The notes: generated from the sequence alone by a model not told the origin. A stretch of DNA of 64,000 nt from Thermoplasmata archaeon (GCA_020348445.1 CP070751.1:32001-96000), one strand, 5' to 3'; numbered from the stretch's first letter, positions 28,107 to 38,047 are shown. Program-made: numbers and translations.

Positions 28107-28132
28107 AGGAGTATAAATACTCCTTAAGGAGT
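28107..28132. promoter_or_regulatory. Two overlapping perfect palindromes just downstream of a TATA box (candidate operator)
   Basis: AGGAGTAT-AA-ATACTCCT (28107-28124) overlaps ACTCCTTAAGGAGT (28119-28132). TTTAAATA lies at 28097-28104. Confidence 0.55.
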
Positions 28133-28158
28133 GCTTAGGCTCCTTGGAGTGAATATGA

Positions 28159-28395
28159 ATGCCGAAAGTGAACATCACCCTTAACCAGGATATTTGGGAA
28201 TGGTGGAAGGCCAATAGATGGATCAACCTGTCACAGCTTTTGGAAAAGGAGCTGTGGCGGATCAGGCGCATGGAAGAGATTCATCAAGGAGCCAGGGACA
28301 TAGGGATGGGGAACTGTCCAAAATGTGGTAATTCCAAACTCAAGTTCATAGACGGTGTAAGCTACAAATGCACCAAGTGCGGATCCATTATATGA
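28159..28395 (+). CDS. Small ribbon-helix-helix-like protein with a C-terminal zinc ribbon
   Basis: N-terminal KVNITL...INLSQLLEKEL (CcdA/RHH-like pattern) and C-terminal CPKC..CTKC. GGAGTGA RBS. Confidence 0.65.
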   Translation: MPKVNITLNQDIWEWWKANRWINLSQLLEKELWRIRRMEEIHQGARDIGMGNCPKCGNSKLKFIDGVSYKCTKCGSII

Positions 28396-28418
28396 TATTA
28401 AAAAAAGGAGTGGTATAG

Positions 28419-28733
28419 ATGTTGATAACAACAACAGAAGAAGTGCCAGATAAAGAAATCAAAGATATATTGGGAGTGGTCTTTGGCAGCTGTGTGCAGA
28501 CCAAGCATCTTGGAAAGGATATTGGTGCAGGATTGCGCTCGGTGGTTGGAGGCGAAGCCAAAGGATATACTGAGATGATGGAGGAGTCCCGTCGCACGGC
28601 AACTGAACGTATGATCAAGCAGGCCATGGCTCTGGGAGCCAACGCTATCATCACCATGCGGTACATGACGGCCCAGACCATGCGGGGAGCCGCCGAGATC
28701 ATTGCATTCGGTACCGCCGTAAGAGTGACCTGA
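28419..28733 (+). CDS. ybjQ: YbjQ/UPF0145 family protein
   Basis: DIGAGLRSVVGGE..GYTEMMEESR...GANAI..EIIAFGTAV. Confidence 0.9.
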   Translation: MLITTTEEVPDKEIKDILGVVFGSCVQTKHLGKDIGAGLRSVVGGEAKGYTEMMEESRRTATERMIKQAMALGANAIITMRYMTAQTMRGAAEIIAFGTAVRVT

Positions 28734-28745
28734 GGTGGAATTGGC

Positions 28746-29255
28746 ATGTCCAATGACTCTTCCGCCCTTGGTTTTTTGATATCTATGGTGTTACTCAGCG
28801 TGGTCCTTGCATTAATATTCTTTTTTTACGTTGATCCCCTGTGGACCGCGATAATAATTATATTTTGGATGGTGTTGTTCGCTTCGATTCTCGCATACGA
28901 CAGCCGCCACTGGGGACGGCCCGGGCTCGATACCCTTGGAGTGCAGCTATCCTCTCGGACCCGAAAACTTGAGCTGGGCGAATACTCAATCGAAGGAATG
29001 GTGATGGGTACCTGCGTTAAGGCCCGCAATATGTTCTCGGCTGCCAGGGCCGAGGCAAGATCACTTATTGGTGGCGAGGCCACTCAGTTCACTTCATTGG
29101 TGGACGAGTGCCGCAACATCGCACTGATGCGGATGTGTCGCAAGGCCAAGGACATGGGTTGCAACGGAGTTGTGGGATTTCGAATGATCACAGCAGAAAC
29201 CCTTTGGGGGGCAACTGAGATTATCGCGTTCGGGACTGCTGTTAAGATCAAGTAG
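28746..29255 (+). CDS. YbjQ-family protein with two N-terminal TM helices
   Basis: Two hydrophobic helices followed by a YbjQ-like domain (RSLIGGE..EIIAFGTAV). Confidence 0.8.
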   Translation: MSNDSSALGFLISMVLLSVVLALIFFFYVDPLWTAIIIIFWMVLFASILAYDSRHWGRPGLDTLGVQLSSRTRKLELGEYSIEGMVMGTCVKARNMFSAARAEARSLIGGEATQFTSLVDECRNIALMRMCRKAKDMGCNGVVGFRMITAETLWGATEIIAFGTAVKIK

Positions 29256-29402
29256 TCCAATAGAGTGTGTGAAGTTGATAGGGATGAACGGGCCCCATAA
29301 ATTCGCATAATTCAAAATTCTAAGTGGTGTTCAGAATTTCATTTTAATCTATAAGGAATAGAAAGTAAACCTTAAAATAAATCAAAATCCATTCAAAAGA
29401 TA

Positions 29403-29939
29403 GTGATGGATATGGAGATAAAAATAGGCAACACAACAATTACCCTTCAGCAGGGTGACATCACAGAAATCGAGGCTGATGCCATTGTGAACGCCGCCAA
29501 CAACCATCTTTGGATGGGAGGGGGTGTTGCAGGAGCAATAAAAAGAAAAGGTGGTAAAATCATCGAAGATGAGGCAGTGAAATTGGGACCCATACCAATT
29601 GGCGAAGCCGTGGCCACCACTGCAGGGAAATTGAATGCCAAGTACGTGATTCACGCGGCAGGGATGGGTACAGATCTAAAAACAGATGAGGAAAAAATCC
29701 GAAATGCAACCTTAAATTCACTAAAACGCGCCAACGAGCTTAAGATCAAAAGCATAGCTTTTCCTTCCATTGGCACTGGTGTAGGGGGATTCCCCTTGGA
29801 TACCGCAGCAGATATCATGCTGAGATGCGCAATAGAACATGTGAAAAAAGATACCTCCTTAGAAAACGTTATCTTCGTCCTCTACCAAAAAGATGCGTAC
29901 AAAATCTTTGAAAATGTGCTGGGATCTTTAAAACGTTGA
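29403..29939 (+). CDS. Macro domain ADP-ribose-binding/hydrolase protein (YmdB-like)
   Basis: GDIT, DAIVNAAN..GGGVAGAI, VIHAA and SIAFPSIGTGVGG. The start may be the ATG at 29406 or 29412. Confidence 0.9.
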   Translation: MMDMEIKIGNTTITLQQGDITEIEADAIVNAANNHLWMGGGVAGAIKRKGGKIIEDEAVKLGPIPIGEAVATTAGKLNAKYVIHAAGMGTDLKTDEEKIRNATLNSLKRANELKIKSIAFPSIGTGVGGFPLDTAADIMLRCAIEHVKKDTSLENVIFVLYQKDAYKIFENVLGSLKR

Positions 29940-32900
29940 TTATCTTCTGAGATCTGCAGAAAATCCGCAATCTGGGCACTGTATTGACGAGGAAATATCT
30001 GCATTGAATAATCTCTTGCATCTCGGGCATCTAACTGTATCGTACACCAAATGATGCGGAATTTCTTCTTCGACTGAGAAAGAGACAGGTTCTATGCCAG
30101 AGATAAAAGTAACTTCTGGCTCCTCGCTTAAGGCTGTTGTATCTGGAATGAACGATATTTCGTCTTCTGTTCCATCAGAGATTTCGGGCTCCTCATCAGG
30201 TATAAATCCTATTTCCTGTGCATCCGAAGTCGGGGTAAAACCTATGGAAAAAGGCCCTTCTACACCGTCGATTTCCTCCATTAAATCCAATGTCTCAGAG
30301 GTAGGTCTTGGACGGCGGCGCATGCGTGATATCGCAGGTACAACAGCGATAATTATGATGGCAACCAACGCAATGATAAGATAAGGCAGCCATGATGAAG
30401 TCTCCCTCTCTCCCGCTTTTTCCTGATGCTCTACAAAGAATGTTATATCCTCTTCCATTGACACTTCGCCTACCATGGCCCTTACATAGAGGGTGTGCTC
30501 GCCCTCCGAATACACGGATGTATCGAGCTCGATTGCGAAGGTTCTGTCTTTTCCCAGGCTTTTCCAGGTTTCGTTATCTATTCTGTATTCAATTGATTGG
30601 ATATCGCCTGTCCCGCCAGTTACCTCACCCATGATGGTTACGACTCCTGTTAGAATGTCTCCTTTGCCAAGGTTATTGAACCTAATATCGATGGGTATTA
30701 CCACTTCTGGAGTCTCAAAGGAATAATTATAACTCTCAAATACGTTTCCAGCTTCATCTGTGGATTTGACCCTGAAATAATATGTTGTTGAAGGAGTCAA
30801 GCCCGTTATTGTGATCATATGTTCTTTTACCTTTGAATCATCTTTTTCAGAGTACCCCATATTCAATTCTGTTCCGTAGATGACCTCGCTGGTACTGGAT
30901 TCGTCTGTAATCCAGGTTATTGTTGCAGTGTACTCGCCTATGATTGTGATCGGGCTACCGATCATTATTGGAGGTGTTATATCTGGTGCAATTAATGTTT
31001 TGAAGGTGTCATCAACTGAGACGATTTCATTGGCATTGGGGCTGCTGTCCCTGGATTTGACCCTGAAATGGTAGGTTGTATCTGATTTGAGGTTTGTCAA
31101 GGTGATGTTGTGTATCAAGACGTAATTATCATCCCTTTTCTCTGATTCATAATCATCCTTATCAAATCCATATTCAACCAAGCTGTCGCTCTTTTCATCG
31201 GTTGTCCACACTATTGAAGCTGTGGAGTGGGTGATCATGGTTACTTGGGGTCCGCTTTCGATATATGGAGGTGTGGTATCAGGGGGACCTTCGGTGTAGA
31301 AATAGATGGTTTCGTCCCCGATACTTGCGTTGTTATCGCTTGGATCTTTGGATTCCACTCGATAATAGTACCTGGTGGATGGTTTCAGACCTGTCAATTT
31401 TATTGAAAATTCCTTCCAATAATAGTCGAGATCCGAATATACCTTTCCATAAGAGTCCGTCTCACCGATTTTGATGATCCAGTTGCATGGTTCGTTCGTT
31501 TTCCATTCTATAATCGCTGTTGTATCAGTTATATCCCTTACCGTAAGCTCTGTTATGACGGGATCTAAGATATCAGGAGTATCGTCTGTCGTAAAATTGA
31601 AATCTTCACTTAAATTGTAATTCAGGCTTGCATCAGAGGAATTGATACGAAAATGGTATGTGGTATCTGACTCCAAACCGAACAACGTGATGGAATGCAC
31701 CCACACCATTTTAATATCGATCACCATGGATCCATATTCGGCGGTGAGACCGTACTCCACCTTACTATCAGCGAGTTCATCAGTATTCCAGAAAATCGTT
31801 GCAGTACTATCACTTTTACCAATGATCTCAACGTTGTAAATTCCAGGCGGTGTTGTATCAGGTAATATCTCGGTTGTAAAATTCCCAATGGGACTTTCCC
31901 CGGGACCGATATTGTTCTCATCATAACCTTTTATCTTGAAATAGTAATCTGTCCCTTCATCTAAACCAGTCAGCGTCATGGAATGGTTATACGTATAATT
32001 GTCAAGATCGCTTTTCGATTCAGTAAGTTGGCTCTGGCTAGTCCCATAATCGATTATGCTGTTGGCCTTTTTGTGAGTGAGCCAGTTGATGGTGGCTGTT
32101 ATGCCGCTCACCTGAACAGAGATGTCAGTGATAATTGGCGGTCTATCATCGTACTCCTGTGTCATTAAGGTTGCCATGTACGCATCGACAATCCCCCAAC
32201 CAAAATCTTCGTTGTATTTATCGCTTTGTTCGGGATCGTATGGATCACCTCTTGCCTCGGCTGTTTCATGAAGAATCCATATCACTTCATCAGGTGTCAG
32301 GTTGGGTGCAACCTCGAGCATCATGGCCACCACACCAGCCACATGCGGTGCAGCAAAGGACGTGCCGCTTGCCTCGATTCCAGTTGGAAGCCCGTACCGT
32401 TTATAGCTGTTGCGCGTGGGTGCTGTTATGAACTGTCCAGGTGCTGAGATGTCGGGTTTTAGGGCACCGTCCACCCTGGGACCCCTGCTGGAAGAAACGG
32501 CTAGTGTATCGTCATCCCGTGATATTGTTTCCTGATCAAAAACCGAAGCAACTACTATTACCTTATCGGGCCAGGCTGTTACACTTGGCGGAGGATTATT
32601 TGGCCCGTCGTTACCAGCAGATGTCACAACAATGATTCCAGATTCAGCTGCTGCAGCAGCCGCTTCTCCGGGTGTTCCGTCTATGTCTGAGCTTATGGAA
32701 ATCACATCGATCCCATCATATTCATCTGGTTGATCCGGCCAATCAGTGTCCTTGTAATCGATAACCCATTGAATTGATCGCGTCATCTGATCTGATGTGG
32801 CTCCAAGATTAATTGAATATTGAACATCTATGATCTTCGCATCTGTTGCCACGCCCATAAAGTCAGGCTCTCCATCCAGGTCCAAATCTGTTGTACCTCC

Positions 32901-33596
32901 TGTCCCCAAGGCGATGCCGGCACAGTACGTACCATGCCCTACCACATCATTTGGATTGTAGGTCCCGTCCTTTGATGTGGCATCTTCTTCGAATGAGACA
33001 CCGGCCACAAATTTACCCATTAATGACTCGTGATACTCATCCACACCTGTGTCGATGATGGCGATATTGATTCCCTTTCCAGAGTAACCCAATGTCCATG
33101 CCGTGTTGGGGGAATATTCTGTGGAGTTTCGGGCCTTGATTGCCGGGTTACTAACATCCAGATGAGGTTCGATTGGTAATTGAAGTTCTATCATTCCCAC
33201 CCCGGGTAATTGGCGAAGTCTCATGATGTCTTTCAAATGGACATCTCTTGCCGAAATGGTGTTGATGAACTCAAAGACGTACTTCAGTTCTAAATCGAAT
33301 TCTGTGACTATTTCTGAATCTGATTGTTTTAGTTCTCGCTCGTATTTTAAGTAAATCGGCACCCGCTCATTTAAATTGGATGCGATTTTTTCATCTATTA
33401 AATCGTCGATACCGTTGCGATTTTTATCCCTTTCCCAATGCTCCCACCAGAAATCATTGGATGATTCGTCCCCAAAATCGGAGTCGATGGCATCACTTGA
33501 AATTGCCACTGAAAAGCTCGATGACAGGAGCATTATTGAAAATAACCAAAACACTGCAAGAACAGTTTTTTGCATTTTGTACACCTTTTTACCCAT
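29940..33596 (-). CDS. Membrane-anchored subtilisin-like (S8) serine protease with five FN3 domains and a cytoplasmic zinc ribbon
   Basis: Signal peptide, catalytic DTG/HGT/GTSFAAPH, oxyanion motif AGN, five A.I.W.T...S...YG repeats, TM helix plus RMRRR, acidic spacer, CPRC..CPDC. Confidence 0.9.
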   Translation of the reverse strand: MGKKVYKMQKTVLAVFWLFSIMLLSSSFSVAISSDAIDSDFGDESSNDFWWEHWERDKNRNGIDDLIDEKIASNLNERVPIYLKYERELKQSDSEIVTEFDLELKYVFEFINTISARDVHLKDIMRLRQLPGVGMIELQLPIEPHLDVSNPAIKARNSTEYSPNTAWTLGYSGKGINIAIIDTGVDEYHESLMGKFVAGVSFEEDATSKDGTYNPNDVVGHGTYCAGIALGTGGTTDLDLDGEPDFMGVATDAKIIDVQYSINLGATSDQMTRSIQWVIDYKDTDWPDQPDEYDGIDVISISSDIDGTPGEAAAAAAESGIIVVTSAGNDGPNNPPPSVTAWPDKVIVVASVFDQETISRDDDTLAVSSSRGPRVDGALKPDISAPGQFITAPTRNSYKRYGLPTGIEASGTSFAAPHVAGVVAMMLEVAPNLTPDEVIWILHETAEARGDPYDPEQSDKYNEDFGWGIVDAYMATLMTQEYDDRPPIITDISVQVSGITATINWLTHKKANSIIDYGTSQSQLTESKSDLDNYTYNHSMTLTGLDEGTDYYFKIKGYDENNIGPGESPIGNFTTEILPDTTPPGIYNVEIIGKSDSTATIFWNTDELADSKVEYGLTAEYGSMVIDIKMVWVHSITLFGLESDTTYHFRINSSDASLNYNLSEDFNFTTDDTPDILDPVITELTVRDITDTTAIIEWKTNEPCNWIIKIGETDSYGKVYSDLDYYWKEFSIKLTGLKPSTRYYYRVESKDPSDNNASIGDETIYFYTEGPPDTTPPYIESGPQVTMITHSTASIVWTTDEKSDSLVEYGFDKDDYESEKRDDNYVLIHNITLTNLKSDTTYHFRVKSRDSSPNANEIVSVDDTFKTLIAPDITPPIMIGSPITIIGEYTATITWITDESSTSEVIYGTELNMGYSEKDDSKVKEHMITITGLTPSTTYYFRVKSTDEAGNVFESYNYSFETPEVVIPIDIRFNNLGKGDILTGVVTIMGEVTGGTGDIQSIEYRIDNETWKSLGKDRTFAIELDTSVYSEGEHTLYVRAMVGEVSMEEDITFFVEHQEKAGERETSSWLPYLIIALVAIIIIAVVPAISRMRRRPRPTSETLDLMEEIDGVEGPFSIGFTPTSDAQEIGFIPDEEPEISDGTEDEISFIPDTTALSEEPEVTFISGIEPVSFSVEEEIPHHLVYDTVRCPRCKRLFNADISSSIQCPDCGFSADLRR

Positions 33597-33725
33597 CTTT
33601 TTGCGTTTTTTTCGGATAAGGGATATTGTCTCCTCAGTAAACCACTATTGATTATTATTATATAAATATTATATGGTAATTACCCATCTTAACCACATAA
33701 CCAAGGCCTATTTGGGCTTTTTGGT

Positions 33726-34643
33726 CTAATATGGATATACCTTTCCTAGAACCTCCATGGAGGTCAATGCCGCAACCGCGCCCTCTGCACACGCCGTGAC
33801 CACCTGTCTCAGCCCACCTGTGACATCACCTGCCGCATAAACCCTCTTGATGTTGGTTCTCATGTTTCTATCGGTTTTAATGTATCCCTTTACGTCCAAT
33901 TCCACTCCTATTTGCGCAGCCAGCTGACTTTGGGGCTCTTCGCCTATTGAAACGAAGACAGCAGCCACCTTCATCTCGGACTTGCTCGCGTCTTTTACAT
34001 TGTGTAATACAACCTTTTCTACCTTATCTTCACCTTTTATTTCTTCCATGTGGGTTTCATAGAGTATTTTCACGCCCACCTCCTGGGCTTTGTCCTTGTA
34101 GGCATCCTCGGCTCGAAGCATGTCCCTTCGGTGAACCACGGTGGCATCAAGACCCATCTGTTTCAGTGCAATGGCCTCTATCAGGGCGCTGTTGCCTCCG
34201 CCCACAACCAGTGCCGATTTACCCTTGAAAAAGGGACCATCGCAGGTTGCGCAGTAGGAAACACCCCTTCCAGTGAGCTTCTCTTCGCCCTCTATGCCCA
34301 GTTTCCTGTGTTTAGTGCCTGTAGCGATTATGACAGCACCGACATCGTAGGTGGCTTTGGAGGTGGTTATCTTGACCTCGCCTTCTGAGACCTCCAATTT
34401 GGTAACATCTTCTACCAAGTTGATCTTCATGTATTTTTCCAGATGCTCCCTCATCTTGTCTGAAAGCTCCATTCCCGAGATGCTTTTAAAACCTGGATAG
34501 TTCTCTATTTCAGGGGATAAGGCCATGAGACCCCCGCCTGCACCCGAGTCGAACAATACGGCCTTGATGCCCGCTCTTGTTGCATATATTCCTGCCGTGA
34601 ATCCAGCGGGGCCGCCGCCTATGATGGCAAGTTCATAATCCAT
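33726..34643 (-). CDS. trxB: Thioredoxin-disulfide reductase
   Basis: GGGPAG, GVSYCATCDG, GGGNSA, HRRD and AAGDV. Confidence 0.95.
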   Translation of the reverse strand: MDYELAIIGGGPAGFTAGIYATRAGIKAVLFDSGAGGGLMALSPEIENYPGFKSISGMELSDKMREHLEKYMKINLVEDVTKLEVSEGEVKITTSKATYDVGAVIIATGTKHRKLGIEGEEKLTGRGVSYCATCDGPFFKGKSALVVGGGNSALIEAIALKQMGLDATVVHRRDMLRAEDAYKDKAQEVGVKILYETHMEEIKGEDKVEKVVLHNVKDASKSEMKVAAVFVSIGEEPQSQLAAQIGVELDVKGYIKTDRNMRTNIKRVYAAGDVTGGLRQVVTACAEGAVAALTSMEVLGKVYPY

Positions 34644-34834
34644 GATACCGCCGTAATTATGTCTAGATTGAAAATAATGTTAAAACTGTATATTATGTTT
34701 TTGGTTGACATGTTGACCTATCCAATTTAATTTTGCTTTTTCCTCTGCTATATCGTTTTCCCTTTATGTTTATTTACCCAAATCAACCCAATCTCTTATA
34801 TATAAAACCGTTCATTTCCGTTTTCTGTGAGAAA

Positions 34835-36733
34835 TTGAAGAACAACATCTACAGTGTAATTGGCATGGGCCTTCTGTTTGTGATCGTTCAGATCATTGCA
34901 ATTGCCATTGCACCCATATACAGCCATACCCAATCCGAGGCCATGGGCGGCAGGGAGACCATCGAAAATCCCAGCTTCGCCTTCTTCTATCTTGGTATCA
35001 TACTTCTGTTCACGTTCGTTATATTGTGGATAGCAAAGCGCAAGAAGGAGAAGTTCATCAAAGTCCTTATTCTGGCGGCTATCTTCATGACAATGGTTTA
35101 CCTTTTCATACCACTTAATATCGCTATTATGTATCCGTCCTCTGGGGATGGATGGAAATTCACGGAAGTGGACGCTGATGTAGTTGCCCTTGAGGCCGAG
35201 GATATTGATGGCGATGGTGTAATCGAGATAATTGCAGGCTGCGCTGACAATAGGATCAGGGTCTATGAGAGTGAGAACCACACTCTTGAGTGGGAGAGCG
35301 GAGATTTAGGTTCCAACATAACACAAATATTGGCCGATAATTTGGATAATGATGAATTTTTTGAAATTGCAGTTGTTTGCGATACCATTAATGTATTTTC
35401 TGGGGAGAACTTATCAAACAATTGGACTCTTGGCCCCGCAAATCTCAGCATCGTCGCAGCTTATGATTTGAATGCAAATGGAACATCTGAACTCATAGTG
35501 GGAACAGAGAATGCGAGCATAATGATATTCGAGTCTGGGTTGCTTGTAAGGGAGATCAACGTCTCGTCAAATCTGCACAATATTTCGCATCTTGACACAA
35601 CTGATGACGGGCAGATAGTTGCCGCCGATAATACGACAATTATATTACTTGATCCCGCAACTGAAGAAATCTTGCTTAAAATAACTGAAAGGGAGGAGAT
35701 AAATGCACTTTTGGTGGTTCATGATCCCTCAGGCGAGGATAACTTAATTGTTGCCGATGCCAACAGGGTTTACTTTTATAACCTGGCCAGTTCGGAATTT
35801 GTCAGGCGTGGTCCCAAGTTCCGCGATGTCGAGGCTATGTACCTTGAGTATTACTCCATTCCAGATTATAAGGATGATATCCCGGATGTCATCGCATTCG
35901 GTGATGATACCGTTTACTTCTCTCCTGATTTGCTGAAAGAACGTGATTCTTATTATTACCTGAGGTTCAGATACGATGTTCACTCGATACTTAGCAAGGA
36001 CCTGGACGCAGACGGTGACAATGAGATGATTATGGGTGTGGATGAAGGTTACAGGCACACGTCCATCGTATTTGGCGAGGGGGCGAACATGGCGCTGCCC
36101 ATAATCATCGCCATCGTCATCGCCTTTTTGCTCACACTAATAGTTCACAAGTATCCTGAATGGTATGTAGTGGACGCTGTTGGTCTTGTCATGGCTATAG
36201 GAGCAACTGTTATACTGGGGGTCACATTTGCGATTCTTCCTGCCATTGTTCTTCTTCTGGTCCTTGCCATATATGACGCCATATCAGTTTACAAGACAAA
36301 GCACATGATAAGCCTGGCTGATAGTGTAATAGATTTAAATCTTCCTGTTTTGTTGGTTATTCCAAAGAAGCTGGGTTACTCATTTAGAAAGGAAAAGCCA
36401 CGTCTAAAGGAGCAGCTTGAATCAGGGGAAGAGAGGGAGGCAATGTTCATGGGACTTGGAGACATAGTCATACCGAGCCTTTTGATCGTGTCCGCCCTTT
36501 CCTTTTTGCCCGATACAAGCAGCGGGATTGGGGTACCAGGCAATCTTCTGGTTTGTATAGGAACCATGATAGGAATCTTGATTGGATTCTCGGTTTTGAT
36601 GAGATATGTCATGAAAGGCAATCCCCAGGCAGGCCTTCCCCTCCTGAACTCGGGAGCAATTACAGGCTATATAATCACCTACATCATCGTTTTTGGTAAT
36701 TTCGGATTCGGCTTCAACCTGAACTTCATATGA
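34835..36733 (+). CDS. Presenilin-family (A22) intramembrane aspartyl protease with a large inserted extracellular domain
   Basis: YPEWY, LAIYDAISV (YD), MGLGD (GxGD) and QAGLP (PAL equivalent). About 318 aa are inserted between TM3 and TM4. The start is probably TTG 34835 or ATG 34865 rather than 34733. Confidence 0.88.
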   Translation: MKNNIYSVIGMGLLFVIVQIIAIAIAPIYSHTQSEAMGGRETIENPSFAFFYLGIILLFTFVILWIAKRKKEKFIKVLILAAIFMTMVYLFIPLNIAIMYPSSGDGWKFTEVDADVVALEAEDIDGDGVIEIIAGCADNRIRVYESENHTLEWESGDLGSNITQILADNLDNDEFFEIAVVCDTINVFSGENLSNNWTLGPANLSIVAAYDLNANGTSELIVGTENASIMIFESGLLVREINVSSNLHNISHLDTTDDGQIVAADNTTIILLDPATEEILLKITEREEINALLVVHDPSGEDNLIVADANRVYFYNLASSEFVRRGPKFRDVEAMYLEYYSIPDYKDDIPDVIAFGDDTVYFSPDLLKERDSYYYLRFRYDVHSILSKDLDADGDNEMIMGVDEGYRHTSIVFGEGANMALPIIIAIVIAFLLTLIVHKYPEWYVVDAVGLVMAIGATVILGVTFAILPAIVLLLVLAIYDAISVYKTKHMISLADSVIDLNLPVLLVIPKKLGYSFRKEKPRLKEQLESGEEREAMFMGLGDIVIPSLLIVSALSFLPDTSSGIGVPGNLLVCIGTMIGILIGFSVLMRYVMKGNPQAGLPLLNSGAITGYIITYIIVFGNFGFGFNLNFI

Positions 36734-36742
36734 GGTGGGAAA

Positions 36743-37378
36743 ATGAGGATATTGGCTATTGCAGATGTCCATGGCTCAAAAGAGGCAAGAAAGAAAGTTG
36801 ATGCCCAGATAAGGGATTATATTCCAAACATCGTGATCGTGGATGGCGATATTACACAGTTCGGCCCCCCTGCATGGGCAGAGGAATTTCTAAACAGTAT
36901 TATGCTGAAGACATTGGCTTTACCAGGTAACTGCGATCCAAGGGGAGTTCTGGAGGCAATTGAGAACAGCCAGGCAATTCCCCTGCATGCCAAAAAAGTG
37001 GATGTCGGAGATTATGCTGTGGTTGGCCTGGGCGGCTCAAATGCCACACCTTTTGGCACACCCTTTGAGCTTTCAGAGGATGAGATATACAGTGCCTTGG
37101 ATGATCTCATGGTTGAGGGAGCTCTGCTGGTTGTCCATGCCCCACCGAAGGGGCATGTAGATAAAACCTCAAGCCAGACACACTCGGGAAGCCAGGCAAT
37201 CGCAGACATCATTTCCAAATACTCACCACCTCTTGTTATCTCTGCACATATACACGAGGCAAGAGGTGTGGAAAGAGAAGGGGCAACCACTTATGTGAAC
37301 CCCGGACCTGCTTCAAGGGGCTACGCAGCTGTTATAGATTTAAATGGTGAGGTAAAGGTCGAGCTGATCCAAAGCTAA
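36743..37378 (+). CDS. Calcineurin-like metallophosphoesterase
   Basis: ADVH, GDIT, PGNCD, HAPP, SAHIHE and NPGP motifs. Confidence 0.9.
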   Translation: MRILAIADVHGSKEARKKVDAQIRDYIPNIVIVDGDITQFGPPAWAEEFLNSIMLKTLALPGNCDPRGVLEAIENSQAIPLHAKKVDVGDYAVVGLGGSNATPFGTPFELSEDEIYSALDDLMVEGALLVVHAPPKGHVDKTSSQTHSGSQAIADIISKYSPPLVISAHIHEARGVEREGATTYVNPGPASRGYAAVIDLNGEVKVELIQS

Positions 37379-37564
37379 GGCTCCCCTATGTCCATATCTG
37401 GTAATTCAATGAGAATTTTGAGGGAGGATTGACTTGATACAAAGCTAAGGCTCCCCTATGTCCATATCTGGTAATTCAATGAGAATTATGAGGGGGGGTT
37501 GACTTGATACAAAGCTAAGGCTCCCCTATGACCCTATCTGGTAATTTAATTAGAATTTCGAGGG
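37371..37564. repeat. 70-bp tandem direct repeat, about 2.8 copies
   Basis: Units start AAAGCTAAGGCTCCCCTATG at 37371, 37441 and 37511. Copies 1 and 2 differ at only a few positions. Confidence 0.95.
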
Positions 37565-37660
37565 TATAATCATCTATATTCTCTGCCTAGAATTTTTAGG
37601 TATTATTAAATACAAGATATTTACTTAATGTTAATAATATTATCATGAGGAAGGACCCTT

Positions 37661-38047
37661 ATGAAAAGGCCAACATCAATTTATAAAAAGGGGCAACTCT
37701 TTGTTTCGGCAGTTTTCGCACTGGATATTCTGTTGTGTTTCACTTTATTGATTTTGGTTACCCTTTTACTAGTTTCCGAAAATCTTCAACCCAGGATAAT
37801 AAAGGATGAAATTGTTGAGCAGTTTTCTTTACCTGCGTCTATTATCGGATTCTGTTTGGCTGCGATTCTGATGTTGAATATGAGATATTTTGTTTCCTCT
37901 TTTAGAGGGACTTTATTATTTCTCAGAATCAGTTTTCTTGCGGGTATGGCCCACTTGATCTGTGCACTTGCCCTTATCTTCTACTGTGCCACCCATTTGG
38001 GTCAGCTTACCGTATATCTGGGTCATATATACAGGGATTATGGTTAA
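37661..38047 (+). CDS. Hypothetical membrane protein (about 3 TM helices)
   Basis: Three hydrophobic stretches, an upstream TTAAATA box and an AGGAAGG RBS. No recognizable family. Confidence 0.5.
   Translation: MKRPTSIYKKGQLFVSAVFALDILLCFTLLILVTLLLVSENLQPRIIKDEIVEQFSLPASIIGFCLAAILMLNMRYFVSSFRGTLLFLRISFLAGMAHLICALALIFYCATHLGQLTVYLGHIYRDYG

Noticed and set aside
37371-37564. CRISPR array
   Set aside because: The 70-bp units are near-identical along their whole length with no unique spacers, and there are no cas genes in the window.
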